Assembly: GCA_051652765.1 (NCBI GenBank)
Contig: JBOFUV010000087.1
Coordinates: 1-56,907, forward strand
From: Microcoleaceae cyanobacterium
GTDB taxonomy: Bacteria > Cyanobacteriota > Cyanobacteriia > Cyanobacteriales > Microcoleaceae
Length of the DNA: 56,907 nt
Reading direction: 5' to 3'
Numbering within the stretch: the stretch's first letter is position 1; the number at the start of each line of letters is the position of its first letter. This document shows, piece after piece, positions 46,208 through 56,907 of this stretch. The notes under the pieces were generated by a model. It was given only the letters and a program-made list of their open reading frames with translations, had not been told where the DNA came from and did no database searches. Both the position numbers and the translations under genes were made by a program.

Positions 46208-48373
46208 CTAGCCATTCTGAGCTGCCATTTGCAGCAGAATCTTCTGAGCACTGAGTTCTGGAGAATTCTCGGAAGGATGGCGCTGAATATACTGACCATC
46301 GGCTTGCAGATCCCAAGCTTGGCGATTGTCCGAGAGCAAAATTCCAAGAATCTCTTGTAAATCCTTGATCAGATTTGGATCTTCAATCGGGGTAATGGCT
46401 TCTACCCGCCGGTCTAGGTTGCGTGGCATCCAATCCGCTGAGCCGATATAGACTTCTTCGTCTCCGCTATTGTGGAAATAGAAAATCCGAGAGTGTTCCA
46501 GGAAACGTCCAACCAGACTGATGACCCGAATATTGTCGCTGACTCCTTCTAGTCCGGGGCGGAGGCAACAGATGCCCCGAATGATCAGGTCAATGGTCAC
46601 TCCAGCCTGGGAAGCTTCATACAGAGTTGAGATGATGGTCGGATCAACTAAAGAGTTCATCTTGGCAACAATCCGTCCCGTTCTGCCATTGCGGGCATGG
46701 TCGATTTCTCGACGAATCATACTCAAGAAGCGATCGCGCATATTCACTGGAGCAACCAAAATCTTGCGATAGGCTTGTTGGCGAGAGTAGCCGGTGAGGA
46801 AGTTGAACAAATCTGTTAAATCCTCGCCCAACTCCTGCCGACAACTGAAGAGGCCCAGGTCAGTGTAGAGTTTTGCGGTTTTAGGATTGTAGTTGCCGGT
46901 GCCAATGTGAACATAACGACGAATCTTGCCTTCTTCCTGGCGCACCACCATCACAATCTTGGTGTGGGTTTTGAGGCCAACTACGCCGTAAACCACATGC
47001 ACTCCACTGCTCTCTAACTTACGGGCCCAGAGAATATTGTTTTCCTCGTCAAACCGCGCCTTGAGTTCCACTAGGGCGGCAACTTGTTTGCCATTCTCTG
47101 CGGCTGCAATTAAAGCATTCACAATCGGAGAGTCCCCAGAAGTCCGATAGAGGGTCATTTTGATGGCCAACACATCGGGGTCAAAGGCAGCCTGTTCAAT
47201 AAACCGCTGCACTGTGCCAGAAAAAGAGTGATAGGGATGATGAACGAGGGTATCTCGTTGCCGAATAATCGCGAAAATATCTTTCTCAGGTTCTTCACTG
47301 CCAGAATCTGCAATCACCTTGTCACTGTCTTGCAACCAGCGCGGGATGACTGAAGACCAAGCGGGGTCTTTGAGTTCTGGGAGCGGCAGAGCCATAAAAG
47401 ACATCAAATCCTTAAGATTGAGTAAGCCTTCAACCGCATAAATATCCTCTGGTTCAACTTCTAGGGACTGAACCAGTTCTGCTTGAATTGGAGCTGGAAT
47501 CCCAGGGTTGATCTCCAACCGCACCACTAAACCCCCAACTCGGCGTTTCTGCAATTCCTGTTCAATTGCGAGGAGCAAATCATCTCCTTCATCCTCTTGT
47601 AACGACAAATCTGCATCTCGGGTAATTCTGAAGGTGTGATATTCCAGAATATCCATGCCGGGGAATAGGGATTCTAGATTATGGGCAATGACTTGCTCCA
47701 GAGGAACTCCTGTCCAAAAGGAGAAACGATCCTCTTTTTTAACTCGCAATTCTCCGGGTAGGGGCACAAATCGGGGCAGGGACTTCGGAACTTTGATGCG
47801 GGCAAGGCGCTCTTCTTGAGTATCTGGGTTCTTCAAGACAACCAGCAAGTTCAAACTGAGGTTAGAAAGATAGGGAAAGGGATGGCTACTATCAATAGCC
47901 AAGGGAGTTAAAACTGGGAAAATTCGATCATCGTAGTACTTTTGTAAGTAAGTTCGTTGGTCTGGATTCAGATCAATGTAGGTCAACAGATCAATCCCAT
48001 GGGCTACCAATTCAGGCTTAAGGGTTTTTTCGAAAAACTGATGTTGGTTAGCAACCATCGGCAGCAACTGTTGGTGAATCTCATTGAGTTGCTGCTGGGG
48101 AGTCCGACCATCGGGGGTCAATACTTCAACATCGGCTTCAATCTGGCGCTTCAAAACCGCAACCCGCACCATGAAGAATTCGTCTAGATTAGAACTAAAA
48201 ATAGCTAGAAATTTCAATCGTTCTAGCAAGGGAGTTCGAGAGTCAAGGGCTTCAGTTAAGACACGACGATTGAACTCTAACCAGCTCAGCTCTCGATTGA
48301 AAAGATGTTGAGGATTCCCCATCCCATTATCGCTAGTGGTTGCTTTTGATTTGTTCTTCTCAGCTTTTGCCAT
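46208..48373 (-). CDS. ppk1: Polyphosphate kinase 1
   Basis: FNRELSWLEFN, SNLDEFFMVRV, KTHTK, SADWMPRNL. Confidence 0.97.
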   Translation of the reverse strand: MAKAEKNKSKATTSDNGMGNPQHLFNRELSWLEFNRRVLTEALDSRTPLLERLKFLAIFSSNLDEFFMVRVAVLKRQIEADVEVLTPDGRTPQQQLNEIHQQLLPMVANQHQFFEKTLKPELVAHGIDLLTYIDLNPDQRTYLQKYYDDRIFPVLTPLAIDSSHPFPYLSNLSLNLLVVLKNPDTQEERLARIKVPKSLPRFVPLPGELRVKKEDRFSFWTGVPLEQVIAHNLESLFPGMDILEYHTFRITRDADLSLQEDEGDDLLLAIEQELQKRRVGGLVVRLEINPGIPAPIQAELVQSLEVEPEDIYAVEGLLNLKDLMSFMALPLPELKDPAWSSVIPRWLQDSDKVIADSGSEEPEKDIFAIIRQRDTLVHHPYHSFSGTVQRFIEQAAFDPDVLAIKMTLYRTSGDSPIVNALIAAAENGKQVAALVELKARFDEENNILWARKLESSGVHVVYGVVGLKTHTKIVMVVRQEEGKIRRYVHIGTGNYNPKTAKLYTDLGLFSCRQELGEDLTDLFNFLTGYSRQQAYRKILVAPVNMRDRFLSMIRREIDHARNGRTGRIVAKMNSLVDPTIISTLYEASQAGVTIDLIIRGICCLRPGLEGVSDNIRVISLVGRFLEHSRIFYFHNSGDEEVYIGSADWMPRNLDRRVEAITPIEDPNLIKDLQEILGILLSDNRQAWDLQADGQYIQRHPSENSPELSAQKILLQMAAQNG

Positions 48374-48821
48374 AACTTTAAGAATTAAGTAAAGAGATTC
48401 TGTTGGAATAGTAATGACCGTAATTCAGGTTCGGTCGCCTATCCTCAATCCGACTAGACACGCATACATTCTAAATACGGACATTCTTGGCAATACTTGC
48501 TGTTTGCAAGCAATATAAAAATGCGCGCACAGATTTTGTAGGCTAATCAAGACGAATTTAGGATTAGACCACCACAATCAAACCGATGCTACAAGAACTT
48601 TACCACCTCGAAAAGACACAAGCTCGAACAAATTCTCGAACCGTTCTTGACCCAGTTCTTGGACAAGTTCTTGGACAAGTTCCTGAACAAGGTCTGGAAA
48701 AACTTGAGATCAGACTCAACCGGCTAATCCTGACAAGCTCTAACGTATTTTGCCCAGAACTTTGAGAATTCTAGTTTAAGAACATGTTAAAAAAAATGCT
48801 AACGCATCATGACACCCATCT

Positions 48822-49514
48822 CTAGCTGCTTGGCAATACACTTGCGGCTCTAGAACTAATACTGGAACAATTGCTAGCTAAGGGAACCTGAGTTTTAACC
48901 ATCACATTGGGTAACCCTGATTTTTTCAGGAATGTTTCGAGGGTTTCCTCCGCCCGTTCATTTGCAACATCTAAAATCTTCGCAGCACAAGCATTCTGAA
49001 CCATTTGACTGAGGGCTTCTTGCTGAGCTTCTTCTTGAAGTTTTAGTTCGGTGTCAGGGCCCAACCATCTTTTTTCGGAGTAAATATTTTTAGATCGTTC
49101 GATATCAATAAACGCATTACTGATGTGAGGTGGAGGTAAAACAACCTCTACTTGCTTTGCGTTTGTCTCCCGCACAACGACTTGATTGAGGTCAAAGCCC
49201 GCTTGAATTTCGCCGGTCGCGTAATAGATCACGCGAGTACTCCCAACTGGAACTCTCCCCAGAATTTTTCGGTCTTGAGCCTTATGGACAATTTCTACCG
49301 CAGGTTGCTTAACGGTTGTTAATTCTCCAACTTCTTGCAAAGCCGCATAAACTACATTAACTTTAGTTTCAGTCGTTGAAGTGAACAGGGAGAAGCTCCG
49401 AATTTTCTCCATAGCAGCGTGCATTGATACTGTCATCCCAGTCCCAACTAGACCGAGGATAAGCATTGTTTTAATGGGATTTGCAGATATGTTCATGGCA
49501 CCAACCCTAATCAA
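48822..49514 (-). CDS. DUF4230 domain protein
   Basis: N-terminal [21 protein letters not shown]. Confidence 0.8.
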   Translation of the reverse strand: MIRVGAMNISANPIKTMLILGLVGTGMTVSMHAAMEKIRSFSLFTSTTETKVNVVYAALQEVGELTTVKQPAVEIVHKAQDRKILGRVPVGSTRVIYYATGEIQAGFDLNQVVVRETNAKQVEVVLPPPHISNAFIDIERSKNIYSEKRWLGPDTELKLQEEAQQEALSQMVQNACAAKILDVANERAEETLETFLKKSGLPNVMVKTQVPLASNCSSISSRAASVLPSS

Positions 49515-50559
49515 TTTTCCGAAGATCTACAACTTGAGAAGCCCGCAGTTGCCCACAGGCGGCATCAGCTTCTAACCCCCGAGAATAACGAATGCTAACG
49601 GCAATGTTTTGCTGCTTCAGCACCTTCACAAAATCATGGATTTGCTGAGTGCTAGGACGCTGGTAATCAGCTTCACTAATTGGATTATAAGGGATCACGT
49701 TAACATGGCTTTGAAATCCTCGTAAATGACTGACGAGTTCAAGGGCATGTTCAGGCTGATCATTTACCCCAGCCAGTAGAATATATTCAAAACTCAACCG
49801 TCGTCCGGTGAGTTGGACGTAGTCTCGACACTCTTCTAAAAGTTGCTCGATGGGGTAGTGTCGAGCACTGGGAATGAGTGTTTCCCGTAAGGCTTGGTTA
49901 GAGCCATGGAGACTAACCGCCAAAGTAACTTGCAAGCCATGCTGAGAAAATTGGCGAATCCGACCCGGAATACCGACGGTGGAAATCGTCATCAATCGTT
50001 GTCCAATCCCCACATCTCGATTGAGACAATGGACGGCTGCAACTAGGTTTTCCAGGTTGAGTAACGGCTCGCCCATGCCCATGAACACCACATTGCTCAC
50101 CCGCCGACCAAACTCCTCTTGAACCGTAAGCACTTGGTCAACAATCTCATGGGTAGCCAAGTTGCGGACAAATCCTCCCTTCCCCGTTGCACAAAAATCA
50201 CAGGCCATGGGACATCCTACTTGGGACGACACACACACCGTCAAGCGTTTGTCTGTAGGAATCCCAACTGTTTCAATGATCTGTCCATCAGCGAGCTTCA
50301 ACAGGTATTTCACGGTTTCATCTGGGGCCGTGGACTGGTAGTGTAGGATTGAACGACCCACCAGAATATCTGCCAGTTGCGATCGCCATTGTCTTGGAAA
50401 AACCGTAATCTCTTCGAGGGATTTAATCCCCCGTTGATAGATCCATTGATACAACTGTTTGGCTCGATAAGGCGGTTGCCCCTGACTTTGAACCCACTCC
50501 TGAAGTTCGTCCAGAGAGCAACCCAAGAGAGGAATATGAGTAGATTGCAGCGTTGGCAT
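49507..50559 (-). CDS. rlmN: 23S rRNA (A2503)/tRNA methyltransferase
   Basis: [27 protein letters not shown]. Confidence 0.96.
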   Translation of the reverse strand: MPTLQSTHIPLLGCSLDELQEWVQSQGQPPYRAKQLYQWIYQRGIKSLEEITVFPRQWRSQLADILVGRSILHYQSTAPDETVKYLLKLADGQIIETVGIPTDKRLTVCVSSQVGCPMACDFCATGKGGFVRNLATHEIVDQVLTVQEEFGRRVSNVVFMGMGEPLLNLENLVAAVHCLNRDVGIGQRLMTISTVGIPGRIRQFSQHGLQVTLAVSLHGSNQALRETLIPSARHYPIEQLLEECRDYVQLTGRRLSFEYILLAGVNDQPEHALELVSHLRGFQSHVNVIPYNPISEADYQRPSTQQIHDFVKVLKQQNIAVSIRYSRGLEADAACGQLRASQVVDLRKID

Positions 50560-50958
50560 TTATTTCTTGTATTGCTGACCTTTTAGCGTCAGGAACTCCC
50601 GAAAGCGGAATAAGTTAATCGTCTGGCCTAAGTTCAACGGAATCAGAGAAACCCCTTCTAGCCGAGACTGTACCCAGCCTTCCCCCCAATACCATTCATG
50701 AAACCCATCAATCCCCTCACTCAACAACAGTCTCAAGCAATTGGGCTCTATGACATCAACTTTATGCTGAATTTTCACCGGGCCAAGGGAGCTGGTAAAG
50801 GTGATACCGGGTTGTAACTGTTCGGGCAACCCGGGTGAAAACTGTTGTGGCCATAACCACTGCCGCAGTTGCTCAGGATGGGTCAAGCTCTCTCGAATCA
50901 ACCCCTCGGATGCTTCAACCTCGATTCGTAAACTGCTGTGTTGAAAAGTGCCTAACAT
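50560..50958 (-). CDS. Conserved hypothetical protein (SRPBCC-like)
   Basis: 132 aa, coupled to rlmN. Confidence 0.7.
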   Translation of the reverse strand: MLGTFQHSSLRIEVEASEGLIRESLTHPEQLRQWLWPQQFSPGLPEQLQPGITFTSSLGPVKIQHKVDVIEPNCLRLLLSEGIDGFHEWYWGEGWVQSRLEGVSLIPLNLGQTINLFRFREFLTLKGQQYKK

Positions 50959-51241
50959 AAAAGACCGGGGAAAACCGGATAAAAACTACAGCCTTCTCTA
51001 TTATAGCAACGGAGCCAAAGCACCTCGATTAAGATTACCGCCGTTTTTACGGGTCTAGTTCCTATTTCCTACTCCCCACTGACGATTCCCCGCTCAGACT
51101 ATTGAGTTGTACTTTTACCAGTGATGTGTTGTTACTAGCAGGGCTTATTGAATTTGAATGTCTGCGGGCTAGGGAGCACGATATAATATCTGTGCAAACG
51201 CTCCTAGAGGGGCAATCTGAAATGTTTAAGTAGGATGCAAT

Positions 51242-51700
51242 ATGTCAGAGGAAACCAAGCCCAATCCTGAAGCTGAGGCCGTAGAAGGTCAACCAGAAGC
51301 CAAACCCGCCAAGAAACCGAAGCCACCTGCCCTTGAGGAGAAACCTTTTACTACGTTTATTGAGCAGGACTATTTGCCTGCCTTGCAGAAGGCTTTGGAC
51401 TCAAACGGGGCAGAAGGTCTGGAACTCAAGTTCATCCGGCAGAAGTTTCCCCCTACAGTTGGGGTGAGTGAAGAGTGTTGGCAGGTAGTGGGGCAGTGGC
51501 AAAGGGGCAAGCGCCAATTCAATCTTTACTTCCCTGGAGAAGATATTAAGTCTCAGAAGTTTTTTTCCTGTGCGGCAAACGGATCTCAAGCTAGTGTGAT
51601 TGAGCAGTTTCTCGGAGATGAACGCAAGATCACCCTAGATCTGCTTGTTTTTGGTATTGTTCAACGGCTGAATGCTCAAAAATGGTTAACTCAAAATTAG
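51242..51700 (+). CDS. DUF2996 family (NdhV-like) protein
   Basis: PPALEEKPF, FLGDERKITLDL, RLNAQKWL. Confidence 0.85.
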   Translation: MSEETKPNPEAEAVEGQPEAKPAKKPKPPALEEKPFTTFIEQDYLPALQKALDSNGAEGLELKFIRQKFPPTVGVSEECWQVVGQWQRGKRQFNLYFPGEDIKSQKFFSCAANGSQASVIEQFLGDERKITLDLLVFGIVQRLNAQKWLTQN

Positions 51701-51934
51701 TTGACTCAAAGTTAGTTGACTCAAAGTTAGTCTATTGCAATTCATAATGATTGATCATAGTCACTGATCAGACCTCTGTAGTGCAGGCTGTTTGACTGCA
51801 AGAGCAATATGCACCTTTGAATTCTAAGATGTGAATTCAAAGCTATGAATTCAAAAATATGAATTCACACATCAAATCAGACCGCTTGATCGGCATCAAG
51901 TCTTCTACACTAAACTTTATGGAGGGATTTACTC

Positions 51935-52348
51935 ATGGTTGATAAAGTTCAAAAGACCGAGGACGAGTGGAAGCAGTTACTCACGCCAGAACAGTTTCAA
52001 GTCACTCGTAAAAAGGGAACAGAACGGGCTTTTACAGGAGAATATAACAACAATAAAGAGACCGGAATCTACCGATGTATTTGCTGCGGCACTGAGCTGT
52101 TTCGTTCAGATGAAAAGTTTGATTCAGGCACAGGATGGCCCAGTTTCTGGGATGCGATTAATTCAGAGAACGTTAAGCTCAAAGAGGACAACAGTGTTTT
52201 TATGCGGCGAACAGAAGTCCTCTGTGCAGTCTGTGATGCCCATCTCGGTCATGTTTTCAATGATGGCCCTCGTCCGACGGGTCAACGGTATTGTATGAAC
52301 TCTGCAGCTTTGAAGTTTGTCAACTCTGATCCAGCAGGAGAGAGTTGA
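51935..52348 (+). CDS. msrB: Peptide-methionine (R)-S-oxide reductase
   Basis: [25 protein letters not shown]. Confidence 0.96.
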   Translation: MVDKVQKTEDEWKQLLTPEQFQVTRKKGTERAFTGEYNNNKETGIYRCICCGTELFRSDEKFDSGTGWPSFWDAINSENVKLKEDNSVFMRRTEVLCAVCDAHLGHVFNDGPRPTGQRYCMNSAALKFVNSDPAGES

Positions 52349-52366
52349 CGGGTCACGAAGTAGACT

Positions 52367-53431
52367 TTATTCAAACAGTTGTAGATCAAAATAGAGGATT
52401 AAAAGATAAAAAATTAGCCAAACCAAAAGGCTAAGCTTAATTGTGTTGTCTTTTAATAGAATTTGGTCAGGTTCTTCTCCAACAGAAAGCACAGTGACAA
52501 CTCTTTTGTAATGCATGACTGCGTAGTAAACAATCGGAACAGTTATGACCAAAGATGGGTTTTTACCCGAAGAGATTGTAAAGAGTGCATAGCACATGAT
52601 GGTGAGAGTTGCAGTGCTGTTCAGTAGAGAATCCAGGTAAGGTAAAGTATATTGAGCAAGGACGGGTCGCTGTTTATTAATTCGACCTCGCTGATAAATT
52701 AGATTTAAGTAAAATAAATCTGAAACTGATTCCAAATGTTTGCTAGATAAGCTCTCCTGTTTAGACCTTAAAAGTTCTTGACTCATACCATCACTGAGTA
52801 AGGCCAAAAGTTCAGATCGGCGCTTGGCAAATCCTAGAAATAAGGTCAAGAAAAAGGTACACAGTACAATCCAAGCCGTTGGTTTATCATCTAACGCATA
52901 GATTCCAGCCAGTAGCCGCAACACAAAGCCTAAGGCAATACAGTTAACATCAAATAAAGGCACATGTTTCAGATGCAATGAATAAGCGACATTATTAATT
53001 GCATATAAAGCAACGCAAACTAAAACTGGAATCCCTAGGTAATAACTGATAAATAATGCCAGTGTTGCCAAACATAAACCAATCAAATTAGCAGACTGAA
53101 TACTGATTTTTTCACGGGCGAGGGGACGAAATCGTTTTTTGGGGTGGCGGCGATCGCGATCAATATCTTGAATATCGTTAAAAATGTAGACCGCAGAAGC
53201 CATCATTGAGAAACTGATCAGAGTCAGACCAGCTAGAAAAATGGCATCAAGTTCAAGGAGTCTTTCTCCAAAAACTACCCCAGCAAAACAAAAAAAATTT
53301 TTCGTCCACTGGTGGGATCGGAGTAACTGGAGAAAGTCTTGCAACCTCAAGCGTTTGTCAAGCGTTGCCTCTGATTTTCCTAACCCATAGATGGGATCAG
53401 TATTGTCTTGAGCTTGATGTTTTTCATTCAT
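52367..53431 (-). CDS. UbiA family prenyl/phosphoribosyl transferase
   Basis: QWTKN, YIFNDIQD..DR.HP.KR.RP, AKRRSE. Confidence 0.87.
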   Translation of the reverse strand: MNEKHQAQDNTDPIYGLGKSEATLDKRLRLQDFLQLLRSHQWTKNFFCFAGVVFGERLLELDAIFLAGLTLISFSMMASAVYIFNDIQDIDRDRRHPKKRFRPLAREKISIQSANLIGLCLATLALFISYYLGIPVLVCVALYAINNVAYSLHLKHVPLFDVNCIALGFVLRLLAGIYALDDKPTAWIVLCTFFLTLFLGFAKRRSELLALLSDGMSQELLRSKQESLSSKHLESVSDLFYLNLIYQRGRINKQRPVLAQYTLPYLDSLLNSTATLTIMCYALFTISSGKNPSLVITVPIVYYAVMHYKRVVTVLSVGEEPDQILLKDNTIKLSLLVWLIFYLLILYFDLQLFE

Positions 53432-53629
53432 CTTTTAACTCCTCGCACCCTAGAAGCATATCGCAATCTGATTAGTGTGAACGTGGAATAGGCATCTTGC
53501 CAGCACCAGGTGAAAGCCTTCACCACAGACATCTCATCAGACATCTCATCAATCATTACTGATTGTCATGGTACTCTCAAATAGTTGGTAAGATTAATTT
53601 ATGAACTGGAATAAAAGGGTATTTCCTCT

Positions 53630-53980
53630 TCAACGAGTCATGATGATAATTCCACTCACAATCACACCCAATCCAACCCATTGATTCAGTCCAAACCTTT
53701 CTCCAAATAGCCAACTCCCTGCCAGAGAAATCAACCCAAATCCAATACTTGCAAAAATAGGATATGCTGTTGAAACAGGGAGTTTCTCTAAAGCCTTGGC
53801 AAACAGAACAACATTAATCCCATAAACACATAAACCCGCAATAAACCAGGGAGAAAACAGCAAATTAAATAGACTAGAATCAGGCGCAGCTAATCTTGAC
53901 TGTTTTAGGAAGAGATTTCCAATACAATTATTAATCGCTGCAATAACAATCAGACTCCAAGCGCTCATGTTTGCATTCAT
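53630..53980 (-). CDS. SMR/EamA-like small membrane transporter
   Basis: Four TM helices, LPVSTAYP, FGE. Confidence 0.82.
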   Translation of the reverse strand: MNANMSAWSLIVIAAINNCIGNLFLKQSRLAAPDSSLFNLLFSPWFIAGLCVYGINVVLFAKALEKLPVSTAYPIFASIGFGLISLAGSWLFGERFGLNQWVGLGVIVSGIIIMTR

Positions 53981-54404
53981 ACAGCGGTTTTCAAATCAGC
54001 ATGAGACATCTCAACAACTCAATTCCCCTTTTTCTAAACGCGAAGCGGCTTCTCGTTAGAGTAGGAGTGAGTAAGAGTACATAGGGCGATCGCTCTGTAT
54101 TGCAACCAAACGAAGCCTGCTGTTACGCCCCAATCAGACGGACGTTCAACATCTCTGCTTTCCTTACATCCCATTTTCACAGTCTACCTTAGAGGGTGTT
54201 TGAACAGGGTATTGAGCAGCCTAGACTTGAATACCACGGCTCCAACCTTTAGAATGTCGTTGTAGGCTTTATAGTCAATTAACTCATTACGCTAATCTGC
54301 ATTCGAGTTTCGTGAGCGAAACCGGGGAAACTCGAATCTTAGCGCTTGAATTTTGGCGTTTAGGCGTTTAAATGTATACCAGCTTCTTTGAGGAGGAAAA
54401 GTCA

Positions 54405-54848
54405 ATGGCTCTTGCTGAAATCACCGAAAAATTATTGGCAGCCAAGTGTAAAAAAGGCGTTACATTTGGGGATCTAGAACAAATTCTGGGTCGAGATGAA
54501 GTCTGGATTGCATCAGTAATTTATCGTCAAGCCAGTGCCGATCTTGATGAAGCCAAAAAGATTATTGCCGCTTTAGGATTGCCGGAAGAACTGGCAGAAG
54601 AATTAACCATTTCTCCCCTAAAAGGTTCCCTTGATCCGGTGATTCCAACTGATCCTTTAATCTACCGTTTCTATGAAATCATGCAAGTTTATGGAATGCC
54701 GCTCAAGGCAGTAATTCATGAAAAGTTTGGGGATGGAATTATGAGTGCGATTGATTTTTCCCTTGAAGTGGACAAGGTTGAAGATCCAGCAGGCGATCGC
54801 GTCCAAATCACCCTATGCGGAAAGTTTTTGCCCTACAAAAAGTGGTAG
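54405..54848 (+). CDS. cynS: Cyanate hydratase
   Basis: [39 protein letters not shown] before ATG 54405. Confidence 0.96.
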   Translation: MALAEITEKLLAAKCKKGVTFGDLEQILGRDEVWIASVIYRQASADLDEAKKIIAALGLPEELAEELTISPLKGSLDPVIPTDPLIYRFYEIMQVYGMPLKAVIHEKFGDGIMSAIDFSLEVDKVEDPAGDRVQITLCGKFLPYKKW

Positions 54849-54852
54849 TTTA

Positions 54853-55257
54853 TCAGGGCTGCTCCGGGGGTAACAGCGCCTTGATCTTGTCCACAAACTC
54901 CTGATGATCAATCACGGGCTTGGAGATATAGTCATCGGCGCCACTCTTTGAGAGAAAATCCTCGCGATCGCCTGCCATCGCATGGGCAGTCACCAAAATA
55001 ATTGGGAGAGTTGCTGTTCTGGGGTCAGCTTTGAGGATTTGAGTGATCTTAATCCCGTCAACCGCTTTGCCATCATAAACGCTACGGGCCAGAGAAACGT
55101 CCATCAAAATCAGATCGGCTTCTCTTGCCTGGGCGATTTTAATCACCTCTTCTACATTTTCTGTGTGCTTGACCGCCAAACCGCCCCGCTTCGTCAAAAT
55201 TTTTGAAAAGACGCGGGCGTTTACCTGATCGTCTTCTACAATTAGAACCGTTTTCAT
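54853..55257 (-). CDS. Single-domain response regulator (DivK-like)
   Basis: VEDD, LMD, TAHAM, SKP. Confidence 0.9.
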   Translation of the reverse strand: MKTVLIVEDDQVNARVFSKILTKRGGLAVKHTENVEEVIKIAQAREADLILMDVSLARSVYDGKAVDGIKITQILKADPRTATLPIILVTAHAMAGDREDFLSKSGADDYISKPVIDHQEFVDKIKALLPPEQP

Positions 55258-55608
55258 CTGAGTCTTCCGCTAGACACATCTGCAGATCACGCTGCGCCAT
55301 CTTATCACGGTTCCGATTTGATCTAGCATAAAGTGGGTTTAACCCCTGAAGGCAGCGCATTTGCTTCCTTGGGTTCCCCACTACTTTTGCTGCAAAATCA
55401 GGTTTGCCAGTTGACAGCGCTTTGGTTCTTGCTTGATCTTAGAGTAAACGGCTTTGGATGACAAAGTTTTCAGGAACTTAGTTCTCAGAGACTCAGTTCT
55501 CAGGAACTTATCTCCAAAGACTTGGCACTTAGCTGATAATTTAGTCTTTGATTTAAGGCAATGTGACCTGAATTCTATCATCCAACTGTACTTATGACTA
55601 TTCTGTGA

Positions 55609-55714
55609 TATGGCAGTTTTTAAATCATTGAGGGATATCTTAGTGACTCAAGTCCACCTTTTTCCAGGGGATTTAGAGGAATCGCTCCGTGTCACATCTG
55701 AACAAAAACGGCTG
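55609..55714. repeat. MITE-like repeat, family 2
   Basis: Homologous to 29580-29685. Confidence 0.7.
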
Positions 55715-55786
55715 GGGCTCCATCGCCCTTGTGCAATTTTCCTTGAACCCTACTCGTAGTGCTGAGCGCTTAACCCGTCAAAACTC

Positions 55787-56907
55787 ATGGCTAAACAGTT
55801 AAACCTTCTCTCTGGACAAGTAATCGCAACTTCACTGCATACCGAAATGCAGCAATCCTACCTGGAATACGCCATGAGTGTGATTGTGGGGCGGGCGTTA
55901 CCCGATGTTCGAGATGGTCTCAAGCCCGTCCACCGGCGAATTCTCTACGCCATGCACGAACTGGGCTTGACTCCCGAACGTCCCTACCGCAAATGCGCCA
56001 GGGTGGTGGGGGATGTCCTCGGAAAGTACCATCCCCATGGCGATCAATCGGTTTACGATGCCTTGGTGCGGCTGGTGCAGGAGTTTTCTAGTCGCTATCC
56101 TTTGCTAGCGGGTCATGGCAACTTTGGTTCGGTAGATAACGATCCCCCGGCTGCCATGCGGTATACGGAAACTCGGTTAGCTCTCATTGGCAACGAAGCC
56201 TTATTGGCCCAAGTCGGGGAAGCCACCGTTAACTTCGTGGACAACTTTGATAGCTCTCAGCAAGAACCGACGATTCTCCCAGCCCAATTGCCGTTTCTGT
56301 TGCTCAATGGCAGTTCCGGAATTGCGGTCGGCATGGCCACGAATATTCCGCCCCATAATCTGGGGGAAGTCGTAGACGGGTTGATTGCCTTGATTGATCA
56401 GCCCGCCCTCTCCTTGGAAAAGCTGACTGCCCTAATTCCAGGGCCAGATTTTCCCACCGGGGGTGAAATGATCAACACCGAGGGCATTGCTGAAGCCTAC
56501 TCCCAAGGCCGGGGCAGTATTGTAGTGCGAGGAGTGACGCGGATTGAAGAAATTCCTGCGGGTCAACGTCGTCGCATGAAAACCGCAATTGTAGTCACAG
56601 AACTGCCGTTTCAGGTCAACAAAGCGGGCTGGATTGAAAAAGTGGCTGGGCTGGTCAATGCCAGTAAACTGGACGGGATTTCTGATATTCGAGATGAGAG
56701 CGATCGCGAAGGAATGCGCGTCGTGATCGAACTAAAGCGGGAAGCCAACCCCCAAATTGTCTTGCATCATCTCTATCAACAGACGGATTTGATGTCTCGG
56801 TTTAACTCGATTTTTCTGGCGATTGTCGATGGCCAACCTCGACAGTTGTCTTTGAAGCAAATTTTGCAAGAGTTCCTCAACTTTCGCGAGCAAACCCTGA
56901 TTCGGCA
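55787..56907 (+). CDS. gyrA: DNA gyrase/topoisomerase IV subunit A, 3'-truncated by window edge
   Basis: MAKQLNLL...[41 protein letters not shown]; missing from ORF track because no stop; gyrA versus parC-like paralog not resolved. Confidence 0.9.
   Translation, partial: MAKQLNLLSGQVIATSLHTEMQQSYLEYAMSVIVGRALPDVRDGLKPVHRRILYAMHELGLTPERPYRKCARVVGDVLGKYHPHGDQSVYDALVRLVQEFSSRYPLLAGHGNFGSVDNDPPAAMRYTETRLALIGNEALLAQVGEATVNFVDNFDSSQQEPTILPAQLPFLLLNGSSGIAVGMATNIPPHNLGEVVDGLIALIDQPALSLEKLTALIPGPDFPTGGEMINTEGIAEAYSQGRGSIVVRGVTRIEEIPAGQRRRMKTAIVVTELPFQVNKAGWIEKVAGLVNASKLDGISDIRDESDREGMRVVIELKREANPQIVLHHLYQQTDLMSRFNSIFLAIVDGQPRQLSLKQILQEFLNFREQTLIR

Noticed and set aside
48773..48791. Pho-box-like TTTAACAT-N3-CTTAAACT upstream of ppk1 (and a single CTTAACCA upstream of the phosphatase)
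   Set aside because: Too few correctly spaced copies in AT-rich DNA to support a call
56187..56375. 62-aa ORF in the track
   Set aside because: Out-of-frame ORF inside the gyrA-family gene

Overview
Cyanobacterial chromosome window: HIP1 (GCGATCGC) is frequent and psaE, psbZ, ndhV-like and nblB-like genes are present. It has two distinct parts. (1) About 1-15.4 kb is the right-hand part of an integrated, HIP1-poor, virus-like element whose left end lies outside the window. It has a leftward operon of tiny ORFs, a divergent control region with a perfect 34-bp palindrome, an overlapping RHH/coiled-coil gene pair, a wHTH gene with three copies of a 17-22 bp motif, a C39 peptidase with a partial upstream duplicate, and a minimal tyrosine recombinase. 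These are followed by a fibre/spike gene, about ten uncharacterised structural-looking genes (the first few alternating strand at extremely tight junctions) and two terminal membrane proteins. I recognise no terminase, portal, HK97 capsid, tape measure or packaging ATPase, so the best reading is a provirus of an uncharacterised, probably tailless, cyanobacterial virus group. This is inference, not proven. (2) About 15.5-56.9 kb is mostly core genome: a tandem-domain alkaline phosphatase, mutM, psaE, ribH, psbZ, a Dda/RecD-like helicase, tRNA-Phe, GT39, tadA, plsC, yqgF, a CBS-GAF kinase, coaD, ppk1, rlmN, msrB, cynS and a partial gyrA, with MITE/REP-like repeats between genes. Also notable are an unnamed multi-hairpin RNA-like motif present twice (provirus right flank and upstream of a pentapeptide gene) and recurrent tandem echoes of gene 3' ends. 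All calls were made by eye, without database searches.
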